Shown here: piece by piece, positions 39,085 to 51,668 of the stretch
Numbering within the stretch: position 1 is the first letter of the stretch
Layout: every line of letters starts with the position of its first letter
Assembly (NCBI GenBank): GCA_030704615.1
Contig: CM060732.1
Span: 36,518,001 to 36,582,000, forward strand
DNA from: Takakia lepidozioides
Taxonomy: Eukaryota; Plantae; Bryophyta
Reading direction: 5' to 3'
Length of the DNA stretch: 64,000 nucleotides
Translations under genes and position numbers: made by a program
Notes under the pieces: model-generated
What the model saw: only the letters and a program-made list of their open reading frames with translations
Told to the model about the DNA's origin: nothing
Databases searched by the model: none

Positions 39085-39500
39085 AGGGGGGACAGTTACC
39101 CCATGTGTAGATTTTGCTCGTCTTGTGTAAACTTTGAGAATTGGTAAACCATTCAGGGTACCAAATCCTTCAGTTACACGACGCACAGGCTCCGCACACA
39201 TAGGGGCAGATTGTCCGTCAGACTGCTTGGGGACAATTACCCCGTGTATAGATTTTGCTCGTCTTGTGTAGACTTTGAGGATTGGTAAACCATTTAGAGT
39301 ACCAAATCCTTCAGTTACACGACGTTTAGGCTCTGCACACTTTTGGACAGATTGTCCATCTGACGGCTTGGGGACAATTACTCCGTATATAGAATTTGTT
39401 CGTCTTGTGTAAACCTTGAGGATTGGTAAACCATTCAGAGTACCAAATCCTTCAGATTCAGGACGTTCAAGTTCGTACACTTAGGGGCATCTTGTCCTTC
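39085..39500 (-). repeat. 141-bp (47-aa) tandem repeat, about 3 units, in the LINE 5' coding region
   Basis: 'ccaaatccttcag' at 39161, 39302 and 39443; peptide EGFGTLNGLPILKVYTRR occurs three times. Confidence 0.9.
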
Positions 39501-40318
39501 TGGCTGTTTGGATTCAACCTCATCCAGAGCATCAAACCGATTAGATACTCTCAAGTTGAAGTCGTTGCCCTTGGTTGTCTTCCTAGAGCGCCCCATTGAA
39601 TCACCAATGTCTAAGACCGCTCTCCAGCCAATCAAGGGACGAACTTCTTTGAGATTGAATTGATGTGGGACTCTATTAGAAGCACTTTTGGTCATTGCAA
39701 CCTTCAACGTACCCTGTTATCGATGGTACCATTAGCCATGAAATCCAAGCCTAAGCTAGAGCGTGTAGTTTTAAAGGACACATCGTCCATCCTGGGATTC
39801 ACCCCAAAAACTACACATGAAGCCCTAGATTTGGCATAAGTAACCAATTCCCAGGAATCACCCTGAGGAGTGTCGATGTTGATAGGAGCTAAAATTTTGA
39901 TTGTAGTCGCAGGCTATAAGTTTAAGCACAGGAACCAACCCAAGCCCAAGTGCCGAGTATGCTAGACAGAGCATACGACTGCCCAATTTGGGCGGAGGGG
40001 CTGCCCCCAAGCGGTAGGGGTCCGCTTGTTACCATTCAGAGATCACACTCCAGGGAGTTGCAGGGAATGGCCCGTGTAGGCATATTCTAAAGAGGGAAAG
40101 GCCCCAAGCTTTCCAACTAAATCCAATGCACTAACAGAGAGATGAAGGGTTTGACTTGTCTCTTGCAACATGGAACCAGTGGGCACTGTCACTTTTGCCA
40201 ACAGAACTAACAAAGTTTAAGGAACAATTCAAGGCAGCTGAAGGGTATAACTTGTGGTTGTGGACAGCACTGTGTAGTCACATTGAAAATCCACTTGGCA
40301 GGTCCTTCACTGATGTTC

Positions 40319-42172
40319 CTAGTACATCCTTCCCCTACATTTGGTTGTGCCACAATTGCAGGCCCTGGTTCTCAAACTGCCATGGGTGTCATACACAGTG
40401 TCCAAGGTATAGCCATAGTCGTAGGTGAGCTCAGAGGAAGCCCGGATGTTCTTCATAGCAAAGAGCATGACATGAGGGAAGTTTAGGTCATGATGGTTAT
40501 ACAGAACACACTGCACAAATAAGTTGGGATCGCAGCTGTGGTTGATGAAACGTGACACGGCACCGCACTTTCTGCCATCAATGCAAAAATCTGCTCCATC
40601 GGGCCCAGGACTTTGCCGGGACTCTGAGGCCATCTCATCTGATGCTTCCCCCCACCGAACTTCATTCCCCTTCTTGAAGTCAAGCGCAAAAAGATATGCA
40701 TCATCATTGTCATCCAACTTGTTGGCTGTGTTTGTGTCTAATATTTCCCCTGTGAATTCGCAAATAAAGCTACCAGATGGAATAAAATTCAAGCAGCGAA
40801 CTCCCCAGCCTCTGTTACTTGTCTTGAAGACTTCCAGCTGGTGCTGAACGCCTTTCTGACTCACTTTGTTATAGCATTTTGCACTGCAGTGGCAATGAGC
40901 GCTACATTCATACACAACTTTCCTTGCTGTGACAAGATTACCTTCGAAATTGTACGCAAGCTGACCGCCATGGTTTTTGGCCACACATGAGCAGCTATTT
41001 GCATCAGAACACCCATCCTTGCAATCGCAGCATTGAGCAGAGGCTGGCCTGGGAATTCCAGCCGGAAACCTCACACTGGTGGTGTATTCAAAAGGTTCTG
41101 GGGCTGTCGGATCCATATTAACAACGCGGACAGCCACTGGTTCCATTCCCTCAGAAATGTCTTCTAAAACTACTTTATCATAGGGCTTGGATTTGCACAT
41201 GCCAGACCTCACCACAGCTGAGCCTAGCTTCTGTTGATCTGGCAAACGTCTCAGCCAGAACTTGAACACCATGAAGCCACTCTGTCCCCGAACCTTGTCA
41301 TACTTTTCAACCATGTACAATCCATCATAGGAGTATTCCTTACCCGAAGGACTGCTGGAGGTTCTACTTCCACGAATCACACGAACAGGCAAATTCAGAT
41401 GGCAGCTATTTTGCAGAGCAAGATTCCCTCTCCCACATTCTTGGCTCCCTCTCTGTCTCTTTCCGCCTTTGAAATCATTTCCACCCTGTCCCGTGTATAT
41501 TATCGTTTCGCCATTGTCCTCGTCATCTTCGTATCCTCCAGATGAGATGATGCTGCAAGCCACCCGTTTCATCCAACGGCATTGAGGACCAAGATAATCA
41601 ATCCCGGCTTGTGTCTGATTGTGTAGGCCAATCACGAAGAGCTCGATCCTATAAAAGAATTTGTCTCCTACTCTCACACCGGGAACAACGCCAACATCTC
41701 TGAAAACGAAACGGTCGCCGGTTGCCTTCATCATTAGCCATGCCATCAAGTCTGGCCGCGGTCCAATGCGACGGGTTGGCGCCTCTCTTCTTTCCTGTAA
41801 AGCCCGAGCTCGTTTATTCTGACAAGAGCGTCGAAGGAAATCAAACCTCTGCAATAACTGTCTGATCCGATTCCTAGCAACCTCCTCATCTGCCTCTCCC
41901 AGTAACTCACCGAAGTTCATAGTGAGAGGTGTTGAAGGTCCATGTCCTTCATGTGATCTCCGTGTGACTGCTTCGTCCTGTGTTTTCAGCTTCCCTTCGG
42001 GTCTGGATTGATGATCATGTTTGGATGCTAGTTCGTCCTCCGGAATGTCTCCACGACGGGATAAGCCGCATTCTGGTGACGAATCTAGTGCTGGAGTAAG
42101 CTTGAACCTTTTCACCAAGCAGTAGGCTGATGCATCGGTCTTGATAAAAGAAAAACCAACCGCCAATCCCAT
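40319..42172 (-). CDS. SUVH: SUVH-family histone H3K9 methyltransferase (SRA/YDG, pre-SET, SET, post-SET)
   Basis: 617-aa ORF: VPGVRVGDKFFYRIEL..GLH..QAGID, SGGYEDD, YTGQGG, YSYDGLY, Cys-rich pre-SET, RGWGVR, RFINHSC, ELTYDYG, CNCGTTKCR. The N-terminus may extend through small exons to about 42767. Confidence 0.95.
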   Translation of the reverse strand: MGLAVGFSFIKTDASAYCLVKRFKLTPALDSSPECGLSRRGDIPEDELASKHDHQSRPEGKLKTQDEAVTRRSHEGHGPSTPLTMNFGELLGEADEEVARNRIRQLLQRFDFLRRSCQNKRARALQERREAPTRRIGPRPDLMAWLMMKATGDRFVFRDVGVVPGVRVGDKFFYRIELFVIGLHNQTQAGIDYLGPQCRWMKRVACSIISSGGYEDDEDNGETIIYTGQGGNDFKGGKRQRGSQECGRGNLALQNSCHLNLPVRVIRGSRTSSSPSGKEYSYDGLYMVEKYDKVRGQSGFMVFKFWLRRLPDQQKLGSAVVRSGMCKSKPYDKVVLEDISEGMEPVAVRVVNMDPTAPEPFEYTTSVRFPAGIPRPASAQCCDCKDGCSDANSCSCVAKNHGGQLAYNFEGNLVTARKVVYECSAHCHCSAKCYNKVSQKGVQHQLEVFKTSNRGWGVRCLNFIPSGSFICEFTGEILDTNTANKLDDNDDAYLFALDFKKGNEVRWGEASDEMASESRQSPGPDGADFCIDGRKCGAVSRFINHSCDPNLFVQCVLYNHHDLNFPHVMLFAMKNIRASSELTYDYGYTLDTVYDTHGSLRTRACNCGTTKCRGRMY

Positions 42173-45100
42173 AAGCCGAGCTCGATAAATTTCGAAATTC
42201 TTGACAATCCCTCTGGAGAGAGAAACATGGTAATTTGTACATGATTCTAGAAGCTCAAGGTGCAGAACAAACCTGAAAATCGTCAGTCAATAGCTGTTCC
42301 CAATCAAATTGGCATCAACTATCAAGTCCATGACCCGGGCAAGGATCTCGGACGAACTCAAATATCTTTGACGAGTTCTCCCATAAGGGACCTGTAATGT
42401 ATATCTAGTACAATCTGGACAACAATGCTCCATCAACAGATGACGGCTGCAAGGAAAACTCAAAATACATGGCGTTGTACAAAACTCATGCAATCACAGT
42501 TGACGGAAAGCTTTTGACCTGCTTGGTTTTTGATGGTGCAATTGCTTCTGGATCCCAAGCACGGTTGTGCTCTTGCAGAGTGAGGGATGCTGAGTGCGAT
42601 GCCATAAGGTCTCGATGGTCGGCAACGAGTATGATCTCATCGCCGGGGAGCGACTTACTACTAAAATTAGAAGCAAATCCAACCAAATCATCGTCACCAG
42701 AGTCCACACACCCGGAGGATCCTGTATCATCCAAGACATCCTCTAATGGACAAAGTAAGCTGTCCATAGATCCCGATTAAACAAACAGTCTACAGACTTA
42801 CCGAAGATCCAGGAGAAGTGAAATGCTGCGCAACTCGATACGGTGCAAAGACAATGCTCCCTGACAGGTTAATTTGTTTCTGACCTACGTGTCTCCATTT
42901 CCCTTTCGATGTCCATGTTATATTATCAATCTAGGATCAAGAAGATCAATTGATGCTAGCTACTGCTGCAGATCCGTTCTTCACTCAATCTTCAAATTGC
43001 TGATACACTCAGGCTCCGCATTTACCTCTCTAAACTGCTTAGAACTAGAATTTATTAGTCTTGCACCCCATTACAACTGGTAATCGCTTGAACCTGTGAC
43101 TCGTCTCTCTCACTCATTCTACATTGAATAGGCTAGTTGCTTTACAACATGCTTCAGAGGGCAGGGAAAGGAGAAGTGATCACTTATATAGTGATGGAAG
43201 CAGATTCTCCACATTAAAGAAGGAAACAGGCCTCATTCTCTAACATCCGCAGATTCCATCTGCGGATTGGTCTCGATTTTCAGAATTCCAACACAGCACA
43301 GCGGGGATCCAATGTGATCGTATGTCGAGCAACTGAAATCGCAGACGGACGTAAAAATGATTGGTGTTGAGGTTGTGAACATGAGTGCTCAGAGGGGAGA
43401 TGTCGGTGTCAGTGAAGGGCTAGCGTGCAGGCCCACTTCGACAGATGATAGCAAATGCCGAGGCTGGCTGACCGAGGGAAATTTTCAACGGGCCAGTATT
43501 CGGAAAACGTTCTAAGTGAGAAAGGCTACTTATGTTCCCGCGTTCCCGTTCATTTTGTGATTGCCGTACTGACGTTCTCATGCGTTCAGTAGCTAAGTGA
43601 GGAAGAGAGAGAGTTGCAAAAGAATCCAGGCCTCCCGATGCTTACCTTCGATTTTGAATAACAAGCTGCAGATCTGTAGCGCTGACTAAATGGGATGAGG
43701 ATGTTGCAGGCTTGATTTGAGATCTGCAGCCAAATCTATCTGTAAGCAACGTCTCTTCCCAAGCTTTGGAGGTGGATTTTGATGATGAGTAGGAATCCAG
43801 AGTAGTTCTGTGGGAAAAGGTGAAAATATTGGAAATTGCTGTTGCTTTTGTTGAGAGGGTAGAGCCCGGGGTAGAGAGATGAGGCCGCACACCTCCAGAA
43901 TTCATATTGCCGGCATATTGCATGCCTCCCTTGACAGTTTTGTCCGAGGTTTTGTCTCCTCATTCGCCTTATTTGGAGGTGAAAGTTCAAGAATGATGCT
44001 CGTGATAGAGGGTCATGAAATGCTAGCAAAAGAATTATGAGTTAATGGAGCTAGACTTGGTAGTCCCAGTACTTCCAGAAGCCTACAAATGGTCAATTCT
44101 TGTTTCTGAATCTTCTGGCTATATCTGCTACAGATACCTTGTCTGGACCACCCATGCCATGTACGTCTCTCTTTCTCTCTTTCTAACGATCTGTTTATCT
44201 GGAACCAGCTAAAGACTTTAAGACTGAATCGTGTGCACATGGGATGCACGAACAATAGTTGGAAAGTTCTGACGGAGCCCTCTACATTAAGATCATCGCC
44301 AAACAAACCGGCTGTGGCTGCAAAGCTAAGGTATCTTGGAGTAGGAACGTGTAAGCTGCTCTCTGGTGCCCTTTCTTATATGTTGAGACCATGCAAAGGG
44401 TAAGGCACTATAACGTGATCAGTTCCTGATCAGTTTCACCCTTCTGATGTTTTTCAACTTGTCCACAGTTGTTCGAAGTTTAGTTTTCCTTGAGTTTTCG
44501 GTCAGTTCGAAAAATCACAGATGCAGTCTACAACACCAATGCCATTTGCATATGGTTGGTCTACTTTACGTCGAAGGAGCATTCTCCCACTTGGTTCATG
44601 GATCGCCCTGCCTGTTGTGGAATATGGTGATTCGGGTTGATTAAGTGAGGGATGGGCAATATTAAGGTTGTAGTTGTCTATGATCAGGAGCTACAGCACT
44701 ACTGATCTTGAGAAACTTCTACTTCTGTTGGAGTTAAATAATGATGATCGGCACGCGCAGCTTCTTCTGGTCCCGTTGTGAAGGGTGTGAGGAAATCATA
44801 TGTGAATGCATTGGGCAATCCTCATTCAATATTTTGCTTTCACCATTGTGTAGTGCTTAGCTGTGCCAGGAAGAGATTAAGGAAGTCCTGTGCAGGGTTT
44901 TAAAGGTGGTAGATAATTTTTAACGATTTGCTGGTGTCTGTGTATGTGACTGCGGGCCATATCCCCTCCATAGTCTTCCCCTCTTTCAGAATTTCTGCAT
45001 TGTAGTCATATTCATGTCCGACCATGCAGTTGAGGTAGACATCTGCACAACAAGTACGAACGTTTTGGTGTGTAAAATTAATGCCATTGGCTTGATCCCA

Positions 45101-46048
45101 GGGGACAGTAGCCAGACTTAGTATGGGTGGAGAGAGTTGTCGTTGACCATGATGTCGCCTAGATGAGGATGCGGCCAGGGGGGGAGAGAGTATGAATCAT
45201 ATTTCACCTAATTTTCCATCCAGTCTTTGTTTGTCTTAGGTGAAGAAGCGTGGACAAGGCTTTCTTTGACTGGCCAGACACACATACGCTGTTGATGCTG
45301 CTGCACAACTCGCGCAATGAGGATGGCAACAAAAGATTTTTCCAGAAGGATCATGACCTCTACACAAAGCCCAAACAATCTGCTGCTCCTGTGGAGAGTG
45401 AATGCTGAAGGTCTGAAGAAGCCATTCACATTCACTTGCCCTAACACAGTAGACAGGTGTCGTGAAACCCTGGGGATCAAAACTTCACAGAACCGTATAT
45501 CGGCCCTGTGGTGCAGGAGTCCACTTTGTGTCCTAGTTGATCACATGTTTCCACCTGTCGTTGTGAGGTTCATGCTGCGGGGAGGCACTAATAACATGGA
45601 TAAACTTCCACGTTGTCAGGGTAAGTCAATGTTTTGCTTCATTATAGGTATGTGGCTTGGGCCTTCAATGTTGAAGCGCTTGAATTCTGACAGCTATGTC
45701 CTTAGTGGGTCATTGGATTTTTAGGTGCTTTCATTGAACCCACTGCCTGGGTCGCCAATCACATCTGCCTTTTTGGACACCTGGGTTCGGGCGAGCGTCC
45801 ATAGTAGGTGAAGAAACTTCAGCTGCTCTCAAAACTTCCAAAGCTTTGAAGTGCTAAAGAAGCTAGTGATTTTTCCAAAGCCTTGGCTCTGGAAAATGAC
45901 TGGTCTTGATAGGCAATGCCTTGCTCTTTCAGATGGATAGAAATTTCAGTGGTGCAAAACTGTAGACTCCTTACTGTGTCATCTGTCATGTGGTATACTT
46001 TATCTTCATTTTAAAGTTCAAGTACTGTTTCCTAGGTTGGAGTCGGGT

Positions 46049-46150
46049 AACTTTGTCATTAGCTATGTAATGAACCGCTTACCTACCCTGCATGGTCCGA
46101 ACTTTGTCATTAGCTATGTAATGAACCGCTTACCTACCCTGCATGGTCCG
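46049..46150. repeat. Exact tandem duplication, 51 bp x2
   Basis: 'aactttgtcattagctatgtaatgaaccgcttacctaccctgcatggtccg' at 46049 and 46100. Confidence 0.92.
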
Positions 46151-46260
46151 GCTAGGACGGACTCCCCTCTCTGTGCCTCTCAGCCTTTTGTTTCACAGCC
46201 TTTCCCAATGTTACTGTTTCCGCGCTGTTTGATTGATGAAATGGGTCTCGCTCCCTTCGC

Positions 46261-46600
46261 TTTTTTCTTTTTTTTCAAAAACAACAGGGGGCCCGGGGCA
46301 GAGGCCCTGGATGCCACTTTATTTAGAACTCTTAGGGGGAAAAGTATAAAAACTGCCCAGCCCACCATAAGGGACACACACCGGAGTCAGTGAAAGGCCA
46401 ACATAACCTCCCAAGAGAATTAACAGGGCAGAGACCCCCAGAAAACCATAAAGAGGCCAAGGAGGCCATCATGAAACAAACAAGAAATAATTTTTTTTTC
46501 AAATAGCTGCAAAAGACGTGCAACACACTGTAACAAGGACCAAACAGCAGTGGAGCCCAACAAGCTCCATTTCCCCACTTACCACACAATCCCATATCCC
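46261..46600 (-). mobile_element. L1-like LINE 3' end (AATAAA and poly(A) tail)
   Basis: Minus strand reads 'aataaagtggcatccagggcctctgccccgggccccctgttgtttttgaaaaaaaagaaaaaa'. A similar terminus is at 51076. Confidence 0.5.
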
Positions 46601-47409
46601 CAAATCCATGAACTAATCTGCATATGCACTAGCTGGATCCAGAGCCTACCCAGTGGATCTTTTGATTGCGAATCACCCAATGTTGATTGATGGGTGTGAT
46701 CATCCCAACTTGGGTCGCAAGGAAGGGCGGTTTCAGGGGTGGACTTCATTGAAGACACTTCCATGCCGTGGTGGAAATCCTCACTTGTCAAAGGTCCCAA
46801 CAGAGGACTATTTGGTTCAGAGCCCCAAAAACAGCCATCCATATCAGCAGCTTCATTCAGGGAAGCTAGTCGGATCAAAATCAGATTATGGACAGGAGAT
46901 CCCTCGCCATGAATGAAAGTAAATGCAAATGTACGTGTCATCCATGAGCGCACATTTGCCTCAACCTAGCTATAGAAAATCCCACATCCACACAACAATA
47001 AGGGACCTTAACGGCATTATGCAGCCTTCGCAAATTACGTTGGCTATGACCAGTACCCCTTTCAATCGGTTACCAGCTCTTGAGTTGCACACTTCACAAG
47101 AAGACAAACATCCTCTCCGAAAGAGGATGTCAATCCTAACTGTAAACATGCATGTGTATGTACCAAACATATATGAAACCTCTACCTATCTAAGAGAGCC
47201 TCAACTTCTAGTATGGAGGGTTGGACAATCTTGGCAGATCTTGGATTGCCAATGTGCCCAACAGGACATTCACAGGAGACACAGCAAGTGGAAGAGAGCA
47301 TCCAAACAGCTTGTTCGTCGCAGAAAGTCAAAGTGGATTGGTGCTTCGCAGGTAGTTCAACTACATCACTATCAAAAAAATCACTAAGGTTCCCCATGGT
47401 TGCATAGCA

Positions 47410-50400
47410 TCAAATACCTGTGTTTCCGTCAGGCCACTGGAGAAATTTGTGTCCCCGTAGAGAAGAGGGGAGATAATCCTGTGTGCAGGGTCCTGTTTGA
47501 TTTGGTGGATATATGTATCCTTTGCCATATCCCATATCCTTCATCAGTTTAGTAGGTGCATTCCGCAAGTGCAATGGCACGGGTTCATTTTGCTCAGTCT
47601 CTTTCACGAGTCGCTGGGCAGCTTCAATGGCATTATATACCATAGTGGACTTTGGTGCAACGGAAAGGTAAACCACACACTGAGCTAAGTTCACATTGCA
47701 CTCAGGCATGCCTAAGAAATGGCAAGCCTGGTGGCATGCAACTGCCAGTAAGAGCGCCCGTGGATCAGCCAAGCCAATATCCTCACTTGCAAAACGCACT
47801 AATCTCCGCGCCACGTACAAAGGTCCCTCTCCCCCTTCCAGCATTCGCGCCAGCCAGTAAATTGCTGCATCAGGATCCCCACCCCGCATTGATTTGTGGA
47901 GGGCACTAATGATGTTATAGTGTTCCTCTCCTGTTTTGTCATAAAGGACATGTGCACGCTGAGCAGCCTCCTGCACCTGTAAAGCACGTATAGATATGTC
48001 AGAACTGCCCCAACATAGATGATGAGGAAAGAGACTGCAGCTGAGTTCAATATTGCAAAGAAGCTTGAGCTACATCACTAACGCTGGGATTTGCAAAAGG
48101 AGGCCAACTTTGAAACTATCTCTTGGACAACGGTTAGAATGGCATGTGGCATTCCCTCTATCACATTGGGCAAAGAGTACAAGAGTCCCAGACACATGTG
48201 CAAGCCAGATACGTAGTTCACAAGTGAAGTGGTACAATACATCACAACATTCGTGTCGTACACGTTAACCAAGCCTGTAACACTGCCAATAGCATCCGAG
48301 TGCTACATATCATGAACCACATTTAAAATGTAACCAAACAGGAGAGATCAGTAAAAAATTGAAGGACAGAACGAAGCAAACACAAGAAATGACTGACCAC
48401 TGTTTACATCAACTCCCAACAGTGTATGTGCCTACTGAGTTTCGGTCATCTTTCCTGGAGGCTAAGGGGAAGACACAGCCACAAAACAGTTTGGCAATGA
48501 AACAAGAGCATCGCGGTACAAAAAAACACATTACACATCAAAGAACAAACCTGATCACAAGGAGCACAAACTTTAAAGAATGGACAGAACAAAAGAAAAC
48601 CTGAAGATAACAATAGACAAAAATGAAATGAAAAAGCGGACCTAGCCGACCAGTAACTCGTCTTGTATATTTAGTTGAAACAAACCTGTTCTAGAGTGAC
48701 AAGTATAATTCTCGTATCCCGCCTTTCCTTATCCGGGGCAATGCCACTGGTTCCACAGGGGTTGCCTGTCCCTTCCAATCGGCTTATTTTTGCCTCACCT
48801 GTCTCTGTACCCGTAGGACCACTACCCTCTCTTTCTTTTTCCCCCAATTCATGCAAGCTACCTCCTCCATCTCTCTCTGCTTCAGCACCACCACTGCTGT
48901 CAAATGACAGAGCCTCCCCGTCTCTCACCACATGCTGAGCAATCACTTCCCTCCCCCCAACAAATTTTTTAAAGGGTCTTGTATAATCATCACACGAATT
49001 TGAGTTCTCTTTTTTTAAACCTTCCTTGAGAACTTCTAGGCGTTTCATTCCAAAGCCACCCCCAATCCTTTCGCCTCTAAATGCTAGAAGCACCCGTGGT
49101 GAAGATGAGGCCTCCCTCCTTATAGAAGCCCCATTGGCAAACCCATCTCTCTCCACAACCATTTTGGGAGCCGCATCAGAAGAACTGGTTCCTGCCTCTT
49201 CTGTCCCACTTTTCCTTGGTGTGGTTTCCCTAGTTGCAAAGGCTGCCATTGCTGCTACTTCTAAAGTGTTCAATGCCACACGAGCGTCCCCATCAGCTGC
49301 GCCGGCCAGAAACTGGATTGCAGCTTCCTCGAGCTTGATTGTATCCACAGGAGAGCTCACAGACAAGGACACGAGGACCCCCCTCTCTCTATCTGCAATC
49401 GCACGCTCCACAACTTTTTGGATGTGCTCTGGCTGAAGCTTATTGACGGTTAACACATGGCAGCGAGAAATAAGGGCAGCATTGATCTCAAAAGAAGGGT
49501 TCTCTGTGGTCGCCCCAATGAAAACAACATGGCCAGCTTCCACGTACGGAAGGAGTGCATCCTGTTGCGCCTTGTTGAACCTGAGGTTAAAGTTTGCAAA
49601 TGCCTTCAAATCAGTCCTCAAACTCCTGCTCCACTGTAGAGCTGCTTTTTAGTTGCCAACATTGGAATGCTTTTTTTTCCTCACCTTTGAGAAGAGGCAG
49701 GCCCCTTTTCCCTACTCTCTCAATGGCCACAAGGCTACGGCAAACAACGTCTTATGAGTACAATCTCTCTCTCTCACAGATGAGAGCAATGGTAATTTCT
49801 GGCTGGATCCACTCCTGGCCAGCTCCAAGAGAGTTAGTAGCCAAAAGGATACCCCCTCAAAGGGGATGCCATATGCGTTGAACCACCAAAACTCTAACTT
49901 GCGAACAAACGAGTTGTAATTGCCAACCACAAAGAAGAAACAAATGTCCTAAAAGTTCAAATTCCGTTACTCCTCTTTACCCACTCATCATGTAACCTTG
50001 AATCCTACTCAAACGCATTCAAGCTCGTCTTGAGGACTTTACCCAGGTAAAACGCCTGCTTTCCAAATACTTTCTTTTCATTGAACAATCCTTCTACGAT
50101 GGCGGTCTTAAAGCAGCCCAAATTGGACATCCATGCAAGTGCTGAAAGTTGCAGTATGAAAATGGAATCTACCTGTGAATCTCGTCAAGAAAGAGGACGG
50201 TCCGCTGCCCATGCTTTTTCAGGCGCTTGGCCTCCTCCAAATTTTCGCGAACCTCCTTCACCCCAGTCGATACAGCTGACAACGAGACAAAACGACAAGT
50301 AACTGTTCGGGCAATGGCGCGGGCAAGAGACGTCTTTCCAGTGCCTGGAGGCCCCCAGAAGATGATGGAAGACAGCTGATTGTTGTCCAGCAAGCTCCGC

Positions 50401-50723
50401 AGTATGCATCGCGGCCCCAGTAAGTGATCCTGACCCACTATATTGTCGATCGAAGCAGGTCGCAATCGCTCAGCAAGTGGAGCAACAATCTTTCCACCCC
50501 CAGATGCCATGTTTGGTGCCAATGCCAGCGAGGGAGTGGACTGTGAACGTAAGAACATAGGCGCAAGCTTCACCTCCTGGCCCTCTGTGGGAGAGCCCTG
50601 ACGGCGTCGTTTGTTCTGCATCGACTCCTGCACCCCAGCGTGGGCATACTTCGAGGCCTTCATAGCTGAACGAGACGGATTTTGGTGCGGGGGATCTTGG
50701 ATCCCAGACTGCACATACATCAT
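47410..50723 (-). CDS. WRNIP1: WRNIP1 / MgsA (RarA) replication-associated AAA+ ATPase, 3 exons
   Basis: Approximate exons 50723-50174, 49584-48686, 47976-47410. Motifs: [22 protein letters not shown] (Walker A), LFLDEIHR (Walker B), [65 protein letters not shown]. Confidence 0.95.
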
Positions 50724-51075
50724 TCCTGCGATAGACGGGCAAGCATCATCTCTGAGCTCTCTCAGAGCTTCGTTCTTCACACCCTTTCGTCACCCTCATC
50801 CCTCGGTCTGTGGAGCACCGTTTGTTATCCGACACGATAACGACGCCGTTAGCTAAACAGTTGCTAGCAAAACCTTCATATAGATCATTCATTAACTTCA
50901 TCCGGAACATTCCTTCATTACCTATTTACCTTCATCCAGTACATTCCTTTCATCTAGAACATTACCTATTTACCCTCATCTAGAACATTCTGGGAGGAAT
51001 GGTCAAAAACCAGGATTCCTGCATGGAGTGAGATTGCTGGAGTGTACGGAAATTGCACATGACAGTCTTGGAATC

Positions 51076-51330
51076 TTTTTTTTTTTTTTTTTTTAGTTGA
51101 ACAGGGACCGAGGCCCTGATTAATTTTATTAATAATTATTGAGGGGGAAAAAATGAAAACCCCAGAATATACCATAAGGCACACACACCGTGGATGGTGA
51201 ATGAGCAAATCTTTGAAAACCCTCCATTGCATTCAGTGATCAAGTAGGCAATATAATTTTCCAAAATTCCCATCCAAGATATTTCCAGAAAAGACTTCTT
51301 CCTTAGCGGCGTTATTTTTCTCTGGAATTT
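51076..51330 (-). mobile_element. L1-like LINE 3' end with long poly(A)
   Basis: Minus strand reads 'aataaaattaatcagggcctcggtccctgttcaact' followed by about A19; related to the 46261 terminus. Confidence 0.5.
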
Positions 51331-51428
51331 ATTTTGATGTTTTTTTTACTGAACCTCAAGCAGTAAGATTTTCTCGTTATTGACGTAGAGGTGGTGTTGA
51401 AAACCCCTCAATTTGGGCTCCAATGTTT

Positions 51429-51668
51429 TTTGTCTTTTTTTTATAAAATTAAGGGAAACTCCTGGGAGCGACAGCTCACGAATCAGGCCCCTTGATAGAG
51501 AGAGGAGAAAATAACCTCTCAGTAACCTCGCCGTAAGGATTCCCGATGCGACACCGCGCAAAGAAGGGGGAGAAGAACGTACCACACCCGTCAAGTAGCA
51601 GGATTTGACCCCAGGGTCATCCGGATGGCACTCAGTGCACTTTATCAACTGAGCTACTGACGGTCGGT
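51429..51668 (-). mobile_element. tRNA-Gly-derived SINE
   Basis: Head 'ccgtcagtagctcagttgataaagtgcactgagtgccatccggatgaccctggggtcaaatcctgc' has box A-like TAGCTCAGTTGA, TGCCA at the anticodon loop and box B-like GGTCAAATCC. It has an A-rich tail and the 8-bp TSD caatgttt at 51421-51428 and 51669-51676. Confidence 0.8.

Larger units (their letters stand above)
37176..39980 (-). mobile_element. 5' part of the LINE (degenerate ORF1-like region, APE endonuclease, start of RT linker)
   Basis: 37908-38705 is an APE domain (ATFNFSG, VGQE, GVGFFV, VYMP, LLGDFNA, SIVDYIV, SDH). 37176-37970 is near-identical to 10188-10984. The 5' boundary is approximate. Confidence 0.88.

Noticed and set aside
43600-46000. 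Short ORFs and a possible degenerate zinc knuckle near 45000
   Set aside because: No recognisable domain. Probably old retroelement debris, but not supportable without a search.
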